A stretch of 64,000 nt of DNA from Chrysomallon squamiferum (taxonomy: Eukaryota; Animalia; Mollusca). The stretch lies in NCBI GenBank assembly GCA_012295275.1, contig CM022672.1:930001-994000 (forward strand). The letters run 5' to 3'. Numbering within the stretch: the stretch's first letter is position 1; every line of letters starts with the position of its first letter. The notes beneath the pieces were generated by a model that saw only the letters and a program-made list of their open reading frames with translations, had not been told where the DNA came from and searched no databases. Shown here piece by piece: positions 12,613 to 37,726 of this stretch. The translations under genes were made by a program, and so were the position numbers.

Positions 12613-13560
12613 ATGACTAACAACAGTTCGCAGTTAAACAGTGGCGAGTTACTGAACACAAGCTCTATTCAGATTTTCTTGGTTCTCCAAGCGACCGCTG
12701 TTCCAGTTATTGTGTGTGGAAATGTTCTTATCATTGTGGCAGTCCTCCGTTACAAAAACATGAGATACGCCAGCAACATGATGATTATGTCGCTCGCCTT
12801 CGCAGACATGTTGATGGGTGGCGTGTATCTACCACTGAAGATTTTGCTCACGGTTCGAAACGATCTTTTCTCTGAAAGGACGTCGTGTCTCGCTAATGCT
12901 TTCTTGACTTTGTTTTCTGTGGGTTGTGCCATGAATTTTCTGTCACTGATTTCCATTGAAAGATTCTACGCCGTTCAGTTCCCGTTTCACTACCATTCCC
13001 ACATGACAGTTACTCGCAGTTTGGTTTACAGTGGACTGACTTTCGCCATCACCTTATCAATGGCATTACCAAGTCTGTTTGGCATCGACACTTGGAGGCC
13101 TGGAATATTCTGCTTCACCGTTAAAATCATGCCACTTAATTACATCTGGGGTGCTGCGGCAATCATTTTCCTGTGGTCACTTGCTGGATTTTTGGCTTTC
13201 TTGCGGGTTATGGTGGCGGAGATCAGTGTGAGAATTCGCGACCAGTCCAGAAACATGACGGAGACGAGGAAACAGGACTCAGTGAAATCTACTTTGATGT
13301 TGACAGTTTATGTTTTCTCTATGATGTGTTGGCTTCCTCAGGTAGCCTGCACGACTCTCTCGGTGTTCGATCCTGGAAAGATTTCAGTCGTTGGTTTAAT
13401 GTATGTGGGCTTCCTAGGCGTCTGTAGTTCGGGAATTAACTGTTTCATCTACGGAATAAAACACAGCAAATTCCGTTCTGCTTTCAGGAACATATTTGGC
13501 TGCAAGAGTGCCTCCGTTGACGTGGAATCTGAAATGAGCACAGTGCACACTACAGTTTAG
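12613..13560 (+). CDS. Intronless orphan rhodopsin-class GPCR, copy 3, 315 aa
   Basis: Near-identical to copies 1 and 2, with all motifs intact. Confidence 0.95.
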   Translation: MTNNSSQLNSGELLNTSSIQIFLVLQATAVPVIVCGNVLIIVAVLRYKNMRYASNMMIMSLAFADMLMGGVYLPLKILLTVRNDLFSERTSCLANAFLTLFSVGCAMNFLSLISIERFYAVQFPFHYHSHMTVTRSLVYSGLTFAITLSMALPSLFGIDTWRPGIFCFTVKIMPLNYIWGAAAIIFLWSLAGFLAFLRVMVAEISVRIRDQSRNMTETRKQDSVKSTLMLTVYVFSMMCWLPQVACTTLSVFDPGKISVVGLMYVGFLGVCSSGINCFIYGIKHSKFRSAFRNIFGCKSASVDVESEMSTVHTTV

Positions 13561-14489
13561 ACGAAGCCAGTGAACCTGACCTGAATTTGTCAATGACACT
13601 GTTTTAATGAGTTTTGTCATGTTGTTTTTTGTTGTTGTTGTTTTTTTGCCAATAGCCGTGTGAATGAGATCAAAACAATTAGAAAGCATTTTTTAAAAAC
13701 AAAATCTCAGAAATGATCCTGTTGATGTGATTCAAAGCATAACTCCAAATAAAATATAAAAACTGATAAAATATAATGCGCTAAGAGATAATAAATGTGA
13801 TATATGAATATAATTGTAATGTGGGCAAACATTTCGTTTTCTGTTTTCTATTAAATTGCATTATAATATAAATATTACTGTATTATATTGCAATAGAAAT
13901 AACTGAATAATTTAATAATCGTGTCAGTTTTACAGGTAAAGTTTGTCGTGGTGGCGGATATCTAAAAGGAAGCTGGTCTCTGACACGGCTGTTCTCTACA
14001 GATACTGTTTAAAAACACTGAGGTAAAAGAATTGTTGTTTGTTATCCAAAACGTCAGTAATTTTGTCTTGAAAAAGTCGTTTCGGAATGTGAATTCATTT
14101 TCCTCAGAAACTGGGCTTTGAAGTTATGTCGTAAAATAAGAATGTCTTATGTTTTATTTTGTTTTGTTTTGTTTTGTTTTATTGTATTTACTAGTAGAAG
14201 CATACATTTCAAATCTATTCACGGCAGTAAGATCAGTTAGTATGTTTATTTAATTATTGAATCTGACGTCAAAGATCTTAATCAAGACATAATATTTCTT
14301 TCCATGCTAATTACTGCTTTTTGTTGTTGTTAGAATTACAACTTTGGCTCTAACTGCTGAACTGATTGAACCACTGACTGTGTTTTCATTGGACCACGTT
14401 TCTTGGTCGTGTGGAATTTTATTGATTGTCCATGTTGATATAAACATGCGACTAATGTGAATAACGTATTTGTCTGAACGGGAGTCAAC

Positions 14490-15458
14490 ATGTCCTACTA
14501 CAACTACTCAAACAGTTCTAGTAAGAGTCTGAATTTAACGTTTTATGAAATTACCGCTTACAAGATTCTCTTGGTGTTTGAATCGGCGGCCATCCCAGTA
14601 ATCGTCTGTGGGAACCTGCTGATCGTCACTGCAGTTGTTCGTTTCAAGACTCTGAGAAATGCAAGCAACATGATGATTGTTTTTCTTGCCTTTTCTGACT
14701 TGATGATGGGTGGAGTGTATCTGCCAATGAAGATTGTACGAGGTGCGCACAGAGATATATTTTCTGAGAGAATTCCATGCATCGTGAATGTATTCTTTTC
14801 CTTGTTTTGTATTTCGAACGCGATGAATTTCTTAGCCCTGATTTCCATTGAAAGGTTTTACGCTGTTCAGGTTCCGTTTCACTACCACTCGTACATGACG
14901 CTGTCTCGCAGTCTCGTCTGGTGTGCTTCAGCTCTGAGCATCTCTCTTCTCGTCGCTCTGCCGTCAGTTTGTGGTGTCGACACGTGGAAACCAGGAAAGC
15001 CATGTTTTGCTTTAAATGTGATGCCTAGCAGTTACGTGTCCTCAGGAATTGCCATCATTTTTATGATATCACTGATGGGCTTTTTGGCATTCCTGCGCGT
15101 GGTTGTAGCAGAATTCAGATTCAGAATGAAGGACAGTATTCAGAACGAGGCTAGGAAACACGATTCTGCGAAATCAACTCTTATTCTCACCGTCTACTTC
15201 TTCTCGATCGCCTGCTGGATTCCTCAGCTCATTTACACGATAATCTCAGTGTTCAGTCCTCAACGTGCGTCCGAAGTAGCTATAAGATCCGTCAGTCTCC
15301 TCGGAATCTGCAGCTCTGGTGTCAACTGTTTTATTTATGGGATAAAGAACAGCAAATTTAAACAAGCCTTTAAGAAAATATTTGGATTCAAGAATTCCCG
15401 TGTTGATGTTGTTAATGCCTCGAGCACTGTACAGACTGAAATACAAACGGAGTTTTGA
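14490..15458 (+). CDS. Intronless orphan rhodopsin-class GPCR, divergent copy 4, 322 aa
   Basis: Same family signature (PVIVCGN, LAFSD, MGGVYLP, ISIERFYAVQ, CWIP, GICSSGVNCFIYGIK) but many substitutions and unrelated flanks. TATAAA at ~14439. Confidence 0.93.
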   Translation: MSYYNYSNSSSKSLNLTFYEITAYKILLVFESAAIPVIVCGNLLIVTAVVRFKTLRNASNMMIVFLAFSDLMMGGVYLPMKIVRGAHRDIFSERIPCIVNVFFSLFCISNAMNFLALISIERFYAVQVPFHYHSYMTLSRSLVWCASALSISLLVALPSVCGVDTWKPGKPCFALNVMPSSYVSSGIAIIFMISLMGFLAFLRVVVAEFRFRMKDSIQNEARKHDSAKSTLILTVYFFSIACWIPQLIYTIISVFSPQRASEVAIRSVSLLGICSSGVNCFIYGIKNSKFKQAFKKIFGFKNSRVDVVNASSTVQTEIQTEF

Positions 15459-16620
15459 ATGAAAAAGTTTTAATCAAGCCACCGTTTTCTTCCGAGAAGA
15501 TATGAGACGATGTTGAGTATAATTACTGTCAGTTATATAGATGCTTTTTTTTTTTCTTTTTCTTGATGTTGATCTTTTTGTTTTTCTTCTTTCTTTTTCT
15601 TTTTTTCTTTTTTTCTTATTAATGTAAACAAATAAAAATAAATAAATAAATAAAACAAAATAAACAGAAAGAAGTTCACATTAGGATTATTTTACAATTC
15701 TTTGGCAAGGGGCACATTAAAGTGTTGTTTTTTTTTTTTTTTTTTTGCTCTCTCAGTTAACCTTGAGATATTTTTGATATTACGATGTGTCCTTAAGTTC
15801 AGTCTGCGAGCTGTTTTCACAGTCGATTACTTCTCTTCTGTGATGAAGCAAGTCGTCTGTTTGTCTGACACTGCTTCATCAGTCGTTCCAATTATCACTG
15901 ATTAATCGATTTACCTACAGCAGAAAAATCATATAAAATTAGCTGTTTTTTTGTTGTTGTTGTTTATTTCACATACAGGCACAGGAAAATATTATACATG
16001 TGTGTGCATTTCATGTACGTATGTATGGATGGATGGATGAACATATACATGTATGGATGTATGTATGTATGTATGTGTCTATCTATGTATGTATGTATGT
16101 ATGTCTGGATGGATGGACATGTATATGAATGTATGCATGGATGATATGTTTGTATTTATGTATACATGAATATCAATATGTATGTATGCATGGATGGATA
16201 TAGGGATGTCTGTGTATGTACTCTGTACACTAGTATATCAGTATATCCACGTGTTTAGATTTCTGTCTGTATACTCGTAAGCGAAGTGAATGCTAAAATT
16301 AGATTGACTGAACATAATTTGATTTGTCATTTTATTCACCGTCATTTGAAAACAAACAAAAGCAAAAGATCACGAACTAAATAAATCTTTATTAGCAGAG
16401 TATCACCGCATACTAACGATATTTAATATCAATAAAACAAATGGTACATCACACGGTGGAGACAATTACTTATCATTAAAGAAACATGCCAGGCGCAGAT
16501 TGCTAACACGCTGGATAATGCTTTCCTTTCCCAGCTCGTTATGACCATCAGTCATTTTCAAATGTGCGAGAAGCAACGTTCTGTTTACTACGTATATATT
16601 GGTTTTTCTTTTTTTTTTTT

Positions 16621-16668
<48 letters not shown>

Positions 16669-17016
16669 GCTATATTATCGGTTTTTATACAGCGACATTT
16701 TCAGAAGTCAATGTTTTCCGAGTCCATGTAAAAAAGAAATGTCTGTGGGGTTAATTATTCAGTGATGAAGAAACCTGTCTTTGTTTTTATCTGTTTGTTT
16801 ATTATCAACTTGCTAAACAAAACTTATTTCTAAATCTCCTTAGCGAACAAAATCAAGCGTGTGAACATTTTCAAAATTAACTCACTCAGTCTTATGTTAG
16901 CACTTTCCTTTGTAAGACTCAGTCTTACACTAATTGTAGCTTGATTTATACTTTTCATATTATTATTATTATTATTATTATTATTGTTGTTGTTGTTGTT
17001 GTTGTTGTTATTGTTG

Positions 17017-17054
<38 letters not shown>

Positions 17055-17101
17055 GCTGTTGTTGTTACTATTAGTTTTACTCTGTGATTCCAGTTCATGA
17101 C

Positions 17102-17134
<33 letters not shown>

Positions 17135-17229
17135 ATTCTCATAAAATCAATTCTAACTTAAACTGTTATTTGATCAAGAACGATAATTCTAGTAATATAA
17201 AGTTAGATCAGAGCTGTAAGTATGTCAAA

Positions 17230-17985
17230 TCGCGACTCTTCGCAGGTTTTCGAGATGACAGAACAAATTCTTCTAGTGTCCGCCGTGGTAGCTGTTGTTT
17301 ACCGTTTATGTTTATTCTGATGATCTTCACTACGGTATTCCACTGCAGAAATCTCCGAAGTGACAGTAATGTAATGGTTACCTCCTTTGCTTTTGCTGAT
17401 CTCATCATGAGTGGTTTTTATCTACCCTTGAAGATCGTTTTTGTGAAAAGCCGAGTTTGTTTTTTAACAGAAACTAGTGTTTGACGAGTTCGTTTTTTTT
17501 TTTTCCGTTATCATTATTATTTTGTGTGTGCGTGCGTGTGTGTGTCTGTCTGCGTGTGTCTCTGTGTGTGTCACCAGAGCATGTCCTTCCTGTCCTGATT
17601 TCCAGTGACAGATTCTACACCGCGCAGTTACCACTACAACGTGACAGTTGCACGAGCATTGATTTGGAGTTGTCTCACCGCTTCAGTGTCGCTGTTCGTC
17701 TGTTCTGGCATTTTCTTCGTGTAATTCGAACTGCTATTCAGGACATGAACAAAACAAGAAAGCAGGATTTTGTGAAATCATCTTTGATGTTAACCGTTCA
17801 CATTTTTTCTGTAATCTGTTGGAGGACGCACTTTGTCTGTATTCCACTCCACAGTTTGAGAACTGTAAGTATTAGATCCTTATTTTTCTGGGTATCTGCA
17901 GCTCGGATATTAACTCATTCTTCTACGGAACAAAGAACAGCCAAATAAGAGCAGTTATCCGAATGGTCAAGGAGATAAATTTCAC
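17230..17985 (+). pseudogene. GPCR pseudogene of the same family (copy 5)
   Basis: Fragments in shifting frames: SNVMVTSFAFADLIMSGFYLPLKI, LISSDRFYTAQLP, TRKQDFVKSSLMLTVHIFSVICW, FLGICSSDINSFFYGTKNSQIRA. Frameshifts, a TM4-region deletion, and poly-T/(GT)n expansion in TM3. Confidence 0.88.
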
Positions 17986-18274
17986 GAGCTATACAGAATA
18001 ATTATTGTGAATTATGTCAGTTTGAGCAAGAAATAAATTTATAATCATTATAAGCTAAATCATTGTCTGTCTGTCATTTCCTCTCTCAAACTCAATGTTC
18101 TCCATCCTTTTTCACTCAGCTGGACTGGCTATTTTTAACACATTACATTTTTGTTTTAAAACAAAACATTAGCACTAGAAACAAGCTACAATGCAGAAGG
18201 CACATATTAAACCCTGTTTATAAGGAAGGTGACATGTTACCAAATATTTATATTTCAGCATTTTCTCTTTAGGA

Positions 18275-18323
<49 letters not shown>

Positions 18324-19362
18324 TATATGCATATATATACATAACAAATAAATGTGAAACTGTCGTGAAGATTTCTCTTTAAGTTTTAATTAGTTTAAGC
18401 ATAGAGTAAATAAAAGAATTACAAGGAGATATTAAAAGAATCTTTTTATGCATAAAACACAAATAAATAAATAAATAAATAAATAATAACTAAATAAGAA
18501 TGATTTGACGGACATTTCCCTATGACTTGCTTGAAAACACACATACACATGTAGAAAGTAAAAATAAAGTAAAATAATAAGAGGTATACAGCATTATAAA
18601 GATACTATTAGAAGAAATGTTTTGTCAAAAACCATACGCATAACAATAAGCAGAGACGATACACATGTAAAACAACAAACAAGAAACCCGCTGTTGGTAC
18701 ATGATGAGTTACTGTTTAAATAGCAGAAAGATTTTTTTATATGCAAATTCGAAGACAATGAATGAAAGCTATTGATAAACCTGTTGTCGTATTTTGTGTG
18801 GCGGGAAATGACCGACAGTCGCTCTAAGAAGACTTAGCCTTACATACTGAGTCACTCAAAACAATACTAAAAATGATGTTACATCAGCCTACGTATTTTT
18901 GCTTTTTGGTCTAATAAAATTAATCAAACGCTAATACACTCGCTGCAACCCCGATTTCTTTCTTCCCTACATGCTTAGATTAAAGCACTGTTTGCTGTAT
19001 CTCTAATCTTCCAAAACTTAATAAATACGTTTATTTATTCCGCTGTATATGAATAAAAAAACAGCAACAATAAAGAAACAAACAAAAAATAAAACACTCT
19101 AGCAAAATATAGATTTTAACAGTATAGCACAGAAAGTCGAAATACAAGTAGTGTTTTACTGGACTTTAATAAATAAACCATAGTGCATGAGTTTACATTT
19201 TAATATAATTATCAAGATTTCATCAGATTTCAAGTTTTTATAAGCAGAAATATAGATAGCTCTATATACTTGAATACAAAGTAAATTAGCGACAGATATT
19301 CTTACTGGAGTAAAAAGTGTTATTATTGTAGAAATATTCTTTTCATCTGTACGCATTTCAGT

Positions 19363-21866
<2,504 letters not shown>

Positions 21867-22059
21867 GATGACCGTCTACAAACTACTTCCAAAAGCTCTG
21901 AAATTAAAAAGTTCTGCTTTAAGTTTCCTTATTTATTTATTTATTACATATTTTTAAAATATATTTTCTTAGATAATGTAGAAAAGTGTGTCTACTATTT
22001 GCATTTAATTCGAAAAACTGAACCTGCTAAATGAAAAAGATAATCACAAAAGTTTCTCA

Positions 22060-22150
22060 CCTTATTTAGTTTGGATAAAAATACAATCTTCCTTAATTTG
22101 TTGTGAATTTGTACCTCTCTGCAAGTTATTTCCTTCCTTGCACTTATACT
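22060..22150 (-). promoter_or_regulatory. Candidate non-coding first exon and TATA-like box of the M4 gene
   Basis: On -: TATAAG at 22148-22143, donor AAG|GTGAGA at ~22060, and acceptor ttttaatttcag at ~21898 upstream of ATG 21866. Confidence 0.4.
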
Positions 22151-22737
22151 GGAAATACGGATTCAAGGTCGCAAATTAATTTATATTTCTTTTTCATTAA
22201 ACTCAAGGTTTCTTCACAGGTTATAAAGTTCTGGAATTGGTCGTAAAGTTTCATTTGATTTGCTTATAGCCAAATTTCTTAATTGTTTAATTTGTGCTAC
22301 CTAGTTTTAAATTAATACTTGGACGTAAGTTAATTTAATTTGTCCCGTCTGACAGGGTTATTCAGTTACAGCTAAAATAAAACAACGAAAATCACAGCAC
22401 TATCAACGGGACACAAATACTTAATTTGTAACAGATTGCAGGTGACAGGTCATTTAATGTCACCTGTAATCTGTACGAGTTAAATGATATATTTTTACTC
22501 ATTACTTCTTCGTAACTTAAACCCCACCTACATGTACTGACTAAAACTTTATTAACATACACTACCATACGAATACAATTTACTGTAAATCCCATGTAAA
22601 AAGTCTGTTGCAAAACCCATGTAAATCCTACTGACTGCAGTATACTATTGGAACATATTTTAAAACCATGGATGGCAAACCCATACGGATATATATGTGT
22701 GTGTGCGTGTGTGTGTGCGTGCGTGTGTGCGTATGTC

Positions 22738-22779
<42 letters not shown>

Positions 22780-22787
22780 CATGCATA

Positions 22788-22980
22788 CAGTGGCGGACGT
22801 ACTTTTTGGGGGCATTGAAGCTTGAACAATTATGGGGGCCCTTCGCAAATAGCAACGAGGCATGTGTAACTGCTCATATTTTCTTCAATGGTAATGTTCC
22901 ATATCAGATTTTGATTAAATTTTTTAAGGAATATGGACTAAAGTCGCGTCTAGGTCTTCTCTGTGAAAAGGAACCCTGAA
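22788..22980. mobile_element. One-ended remnant of a non-autonomous hAT-like element
   Basis: Begins CAGTGGCGGA followed by GC-rich gggggc/gggggccc motifs typical of such termini. No partner end found. Confidence 0.35.
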
Positions 22981-23155
22981 GTTTAAAATTCGTTAATTTC
23001 ATAACAGTTCCATTCATGAATGTATATATGTAAACAAAAAAAAAAAAAAAAACATATTTCTGTATATGTTGCGATCAGACCGAAATATATTTATTCATTA
23101 TTATGACAATAGCTGATTAATACACATTATCTCAATTTAAAATAATTTCTTTCCG

Positions 23156-23213
<58 letters not shown>

Positions 23214-23227
23214 CTGAGTTTTAATTA

Positions 23228-34067
<10,840 letters not shown>

Positions 34068-34077
34068 CTATGTGTCA

Positions 34078-34445
34078 AAAATGTAAACATGAAATCTGTA
34101 TTGTTATGTTTGTTTCTTAATTTTCTCAGTATATTGACATCTGTTACTACAACAACTACTTCTACAACATAACTACTATCACAATTTATATATATATATA
34201 TATAAAATGTAAACGTGAAATCTGTATTGTTATGTTTGTTTCTTAATTTTCTCAGTATATTGACATCTGTTACTACTACTACTACAACATAACTACTATC
34301 AGAATTTATATATATATATATATGTAAATGTAAACGTGAAATCTGTATTGTTATGTTTGTTTCTTAATTTTCTCAGTATATTGACATCTGTTACTACTAC
34401 TACTACAACATAACTACTATCAGAATTTATATATATATATATGTA
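34078..34445. repeat. About 122-bp tandem repeat x3
   Basis: aaatgtaaacgtgaaatctgtattgttatgtttgtttcttaattttctcagtatattgacatctgttactac...(AT)n repeated at ~34078, 34206 and 34326. Confidence 0.95.
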
Positions 34446-35163
34446 TATTTATTCTACCCTCGCTCTCCTCCCGTTATACACACACACACACACACATACT
34501 CGCCTCTTTCCCTCCTCCCGTTACGAGGAGGGAGAGGGACGAATAATTTACAACAGGCAAAAAATACGAATTTAACTCGTAAGTTACTCACAAAATGACT
34601 GTCCTAGGAACAAAAATCAAGACGGGGTTTCATAACAAAGGACTTTAATGCTAGTCAGTCCCTGATTAGAAATATTAACATATACAGCATTGTAACTATG
34701 GCATCTCCAAGCAGGAGAAACTGACCAGGTTCACACAAGTGTATTTAATTAATACAAATCATAATAAAGGTTCTACACTTGTAAAATCAGAACAAATTAA
34801 ACAAAAACAAAAACAAAAAAAAAAAAAAAAAAATTAAAATTAAAATAAAAAAGACTCCTAACAATGTTGCCATCTTCACTAACAATTATTTAAGTTCCTG
34901 CAATGTCAGAGTGCAATTCCTGCTCTCTGAGAATGTCCCCCTTAAATTCTAGACAGCAGTTGACCACACAGATCCCTGAGCTAAGGAAAGCTCCCAGTAG
35001 GAAGCAGTCATCATAAGCTGTCTTGCTAGCATTACACCCCTCTGATTACTTTTATGAACTAATTATTTTTAATATTTTCAATTTATACAACAGGAAACAA
35101 TGGTTATTAATTCTCTGTTCTACACCCACTCAAAAACACACACATAGATAGATAGACAGACAA

Positions 35164-35224
<61 letters not shown>

Positions 35225-37726
35225 GATAGATAGATGGATGTATGGATGGATGGAAGGATATATAGAGATGGATGGATAGAAAGAAACAGATGGATGGACG
35301 GATGTATGGATAGATAGGTAGATAGATAGATAGATAGTTTATTTGGAAACTAACTTCAAATAGTTTACGTCCATCTAGCCACCCCTATTTGTTACAGATT
35401 TTGTTGTTGTTGTTGTTTTTATTATTATTATTATTTATTAACATATATATATTATTTTTTATTTATTTTTTTATTCTAAACAGTCTCATATGAGTCTCAT
35501 TCAGATTTGTGGCAGTGTTTTTGTTAATTCATTTCATTTGATGTAGATAAAATACCAGTAACATCATGTACACTTTTCAAACAATACTCTATAAAATCAT
35601 GAAAAAAAAGAAAGAAGATATTGTTACCAAACTTTACAGCCAAAGATTAATGTAGAATAAAATAAAATAATCAGAAATATAAAATGTGTGTATGGGTGTA
35701 TGTATGCACAGAGACCATGCATGACAGTCAATATGTGTGTATATGTGTGTTTATTTAATTTTTAATTCATATTATTATTTTTGTATTTTTTTTGCTTTGA
35801 TATGATTTATATATTACATTACACTACACTACAATATATTACTACGTCATATTACACATTTCTTTTCTATTTTACAATGAGAAGAGGTAAATATAAGATG
35901 TTAATAAATAAGAAACAAAAATCTTACCACTGTATATTGTAATAATATTAAAGACAATCCATCTTGTACTTAAACTGAACATCTTAACTCAGAGAAAGCT
36001 ACATGCAGATACACACCTACATCTCAAGTACAAAAACCTTAGAAGACAATGATCCAACCAAATTATAGCCATTTTGTTTTTTATCATGCACAGATGCAAT
36101 ACAATTTTCATGGTTGTTTCTAAATCACTATTTTCGAGGTGACTAATGAATATGCATATACATACAGTCAATTTTTTTTTTTTTTTTTTTTTTTACTCTA
36201 TATAACATTAGTTAGAAATATCTAAGAAGAGTTTGTTTAAGATTACAAATCTGGTATAGTAATAACAATGATGAAGATGACAACAGTAATAACAAATAAA
36301 ATAGTAACATTCTTGATGCATTTATCCAGCTTTCAAAATTTACATTTATACTGGAATTTAATAATTTAAAAGTATTTATTTGATTGTTTTAAAGTTACAA
36401 TTTTAATGAACAAATGGCTTTTATCTAAAAAAAAATAATAAACTGGTAACATTTTGAAATAAAGTAAAATAAATAATAAAATGAATTAAAAATAAATAAA
36501 TAAAATTATGCATATAAATGTTTATGACTTTAAAGTGTACTTTTTCATACATAATAAAAACTTAATTTTATATTTAAAAAATAATTAGCTAATTTGGTAT
36601 TGGGCAATAATCTGTGTTGACAATAAAGTTTGATAATGGAATAACTTTATTTCTCAAAGATATTAAATGCAAATACAATTAATTTATGAATGAATGATAC
36701 GCAGTAGCTATTGCCCTTACATGTATTAGTCACAGCTAGAGCAATGACTTCTAAATGTAAATTCTGGTCCAGTAACTCTTTGACAACTGTCTTCATTTAT
36801 ACACCTACGCTTTCCGTAGTTAATAGCTGTTGTACATACCATCACGACATAAGAGAAAACCAGTGTTAAAATACACCCTTCCTTGCAGAGCTAAAGTCGC
36901 CAGCTGCCAAGTGATGTTTATGCATGGATGTGGACGTGAATTTCATACTACCAATTTAAATTTGTGTAAACAAGTTTGTTTGTGATTGCATTGTTATAGC
37001 TTCACATGAGAGAGACAGTCAGAGACACAGAGACACATACACAGAGACTGATGAGAGAGAGAGAGAGAGAGAGAGAGATTACTAATTAGTACATATTTAG
37101 CAATACTTAATAACTTTAATCAAGTACTTTTAAAATTAAAAATCCAGAGGAACAGCTGCATTTGTTTTTTTACAAGAAAGCTGTATGTGGTACTCATATA
37201 TTAACTAAGGAGTGATTTGTTATGTAATGATAACTAACAGAACAGCAGATTCCATTACGAAGTAATTCCTCCACCTACCATCATCAGTTCATTCACTGAC
37301 ATCCTATCCATTTCTACAAGATTTCTATTTTACTAAAATCAGATAAATGCAAAACCATCAACAGTAACAATAACAAATTTTATTTCATTTGAAGAAGACA
37401 ATGATGTAACCCAAGTTTTCTTGTGAAGAAAATACAAAGATAAGGGAAGGTGTTAGAGAAACTGAAGTTATATCTTGTACGTGTGTGTGACAGTCAAAAT
37501 AAAAATGCTTCTTGAAAATGTTTTCTTGACAACCTGCAGCAACTAGTTTGTTGAAATCTTGTTAGAAATGTAGTAGCCCAGTTTAAATCCATTAAAAGAA
37601 AATGTCTGTGTGTCTATAAATATATATATATATCTACTTTTAACAGTTGTAAACTGAGCTAATACATTTTTTCAACAAGATTTCAATAAACTACATATAT
37701 TTTTGTTAGTTCATGACTGGAAGGGT

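Larger units (their letters stand above)
450..13960 (+). repeat. Tandem segmental duplication carrying GPCR copies 1-3
   Basis: Flanks align between units, e.g. tttttggacatcgtgac at ~453 and ~6762, agagagtggag..gaaattaaaactgttt at ~1050/7290/12375, and 3' flanks at 2220/8560/13560. Start-to-start spacing is 6341 and 4997 bp. Confidence 0.9.

Noticed and set aside
1412-15446. Antisense and alternate-frame ORFs overlapping the GPCRs (e.g. 1412-1618, 1835-2101, 7753-7959, 14558-14848)
   Set aside because: Shadows of the GPCR coding sequence. They recur only because the gene is duplicated.
1275-15458. Calling the GPCRs opsins or biogenic amine receptors
   Set aside because: No Lys7.43 and no Asp3.32.
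34505-34540. GC hairpin ccctcctc-ccgttac-gaggaggg as a Helitron end or terminator
   Set aside because: No CTRR terminus at the expected distance, and it sits in a CT-rich simple-repeat context.
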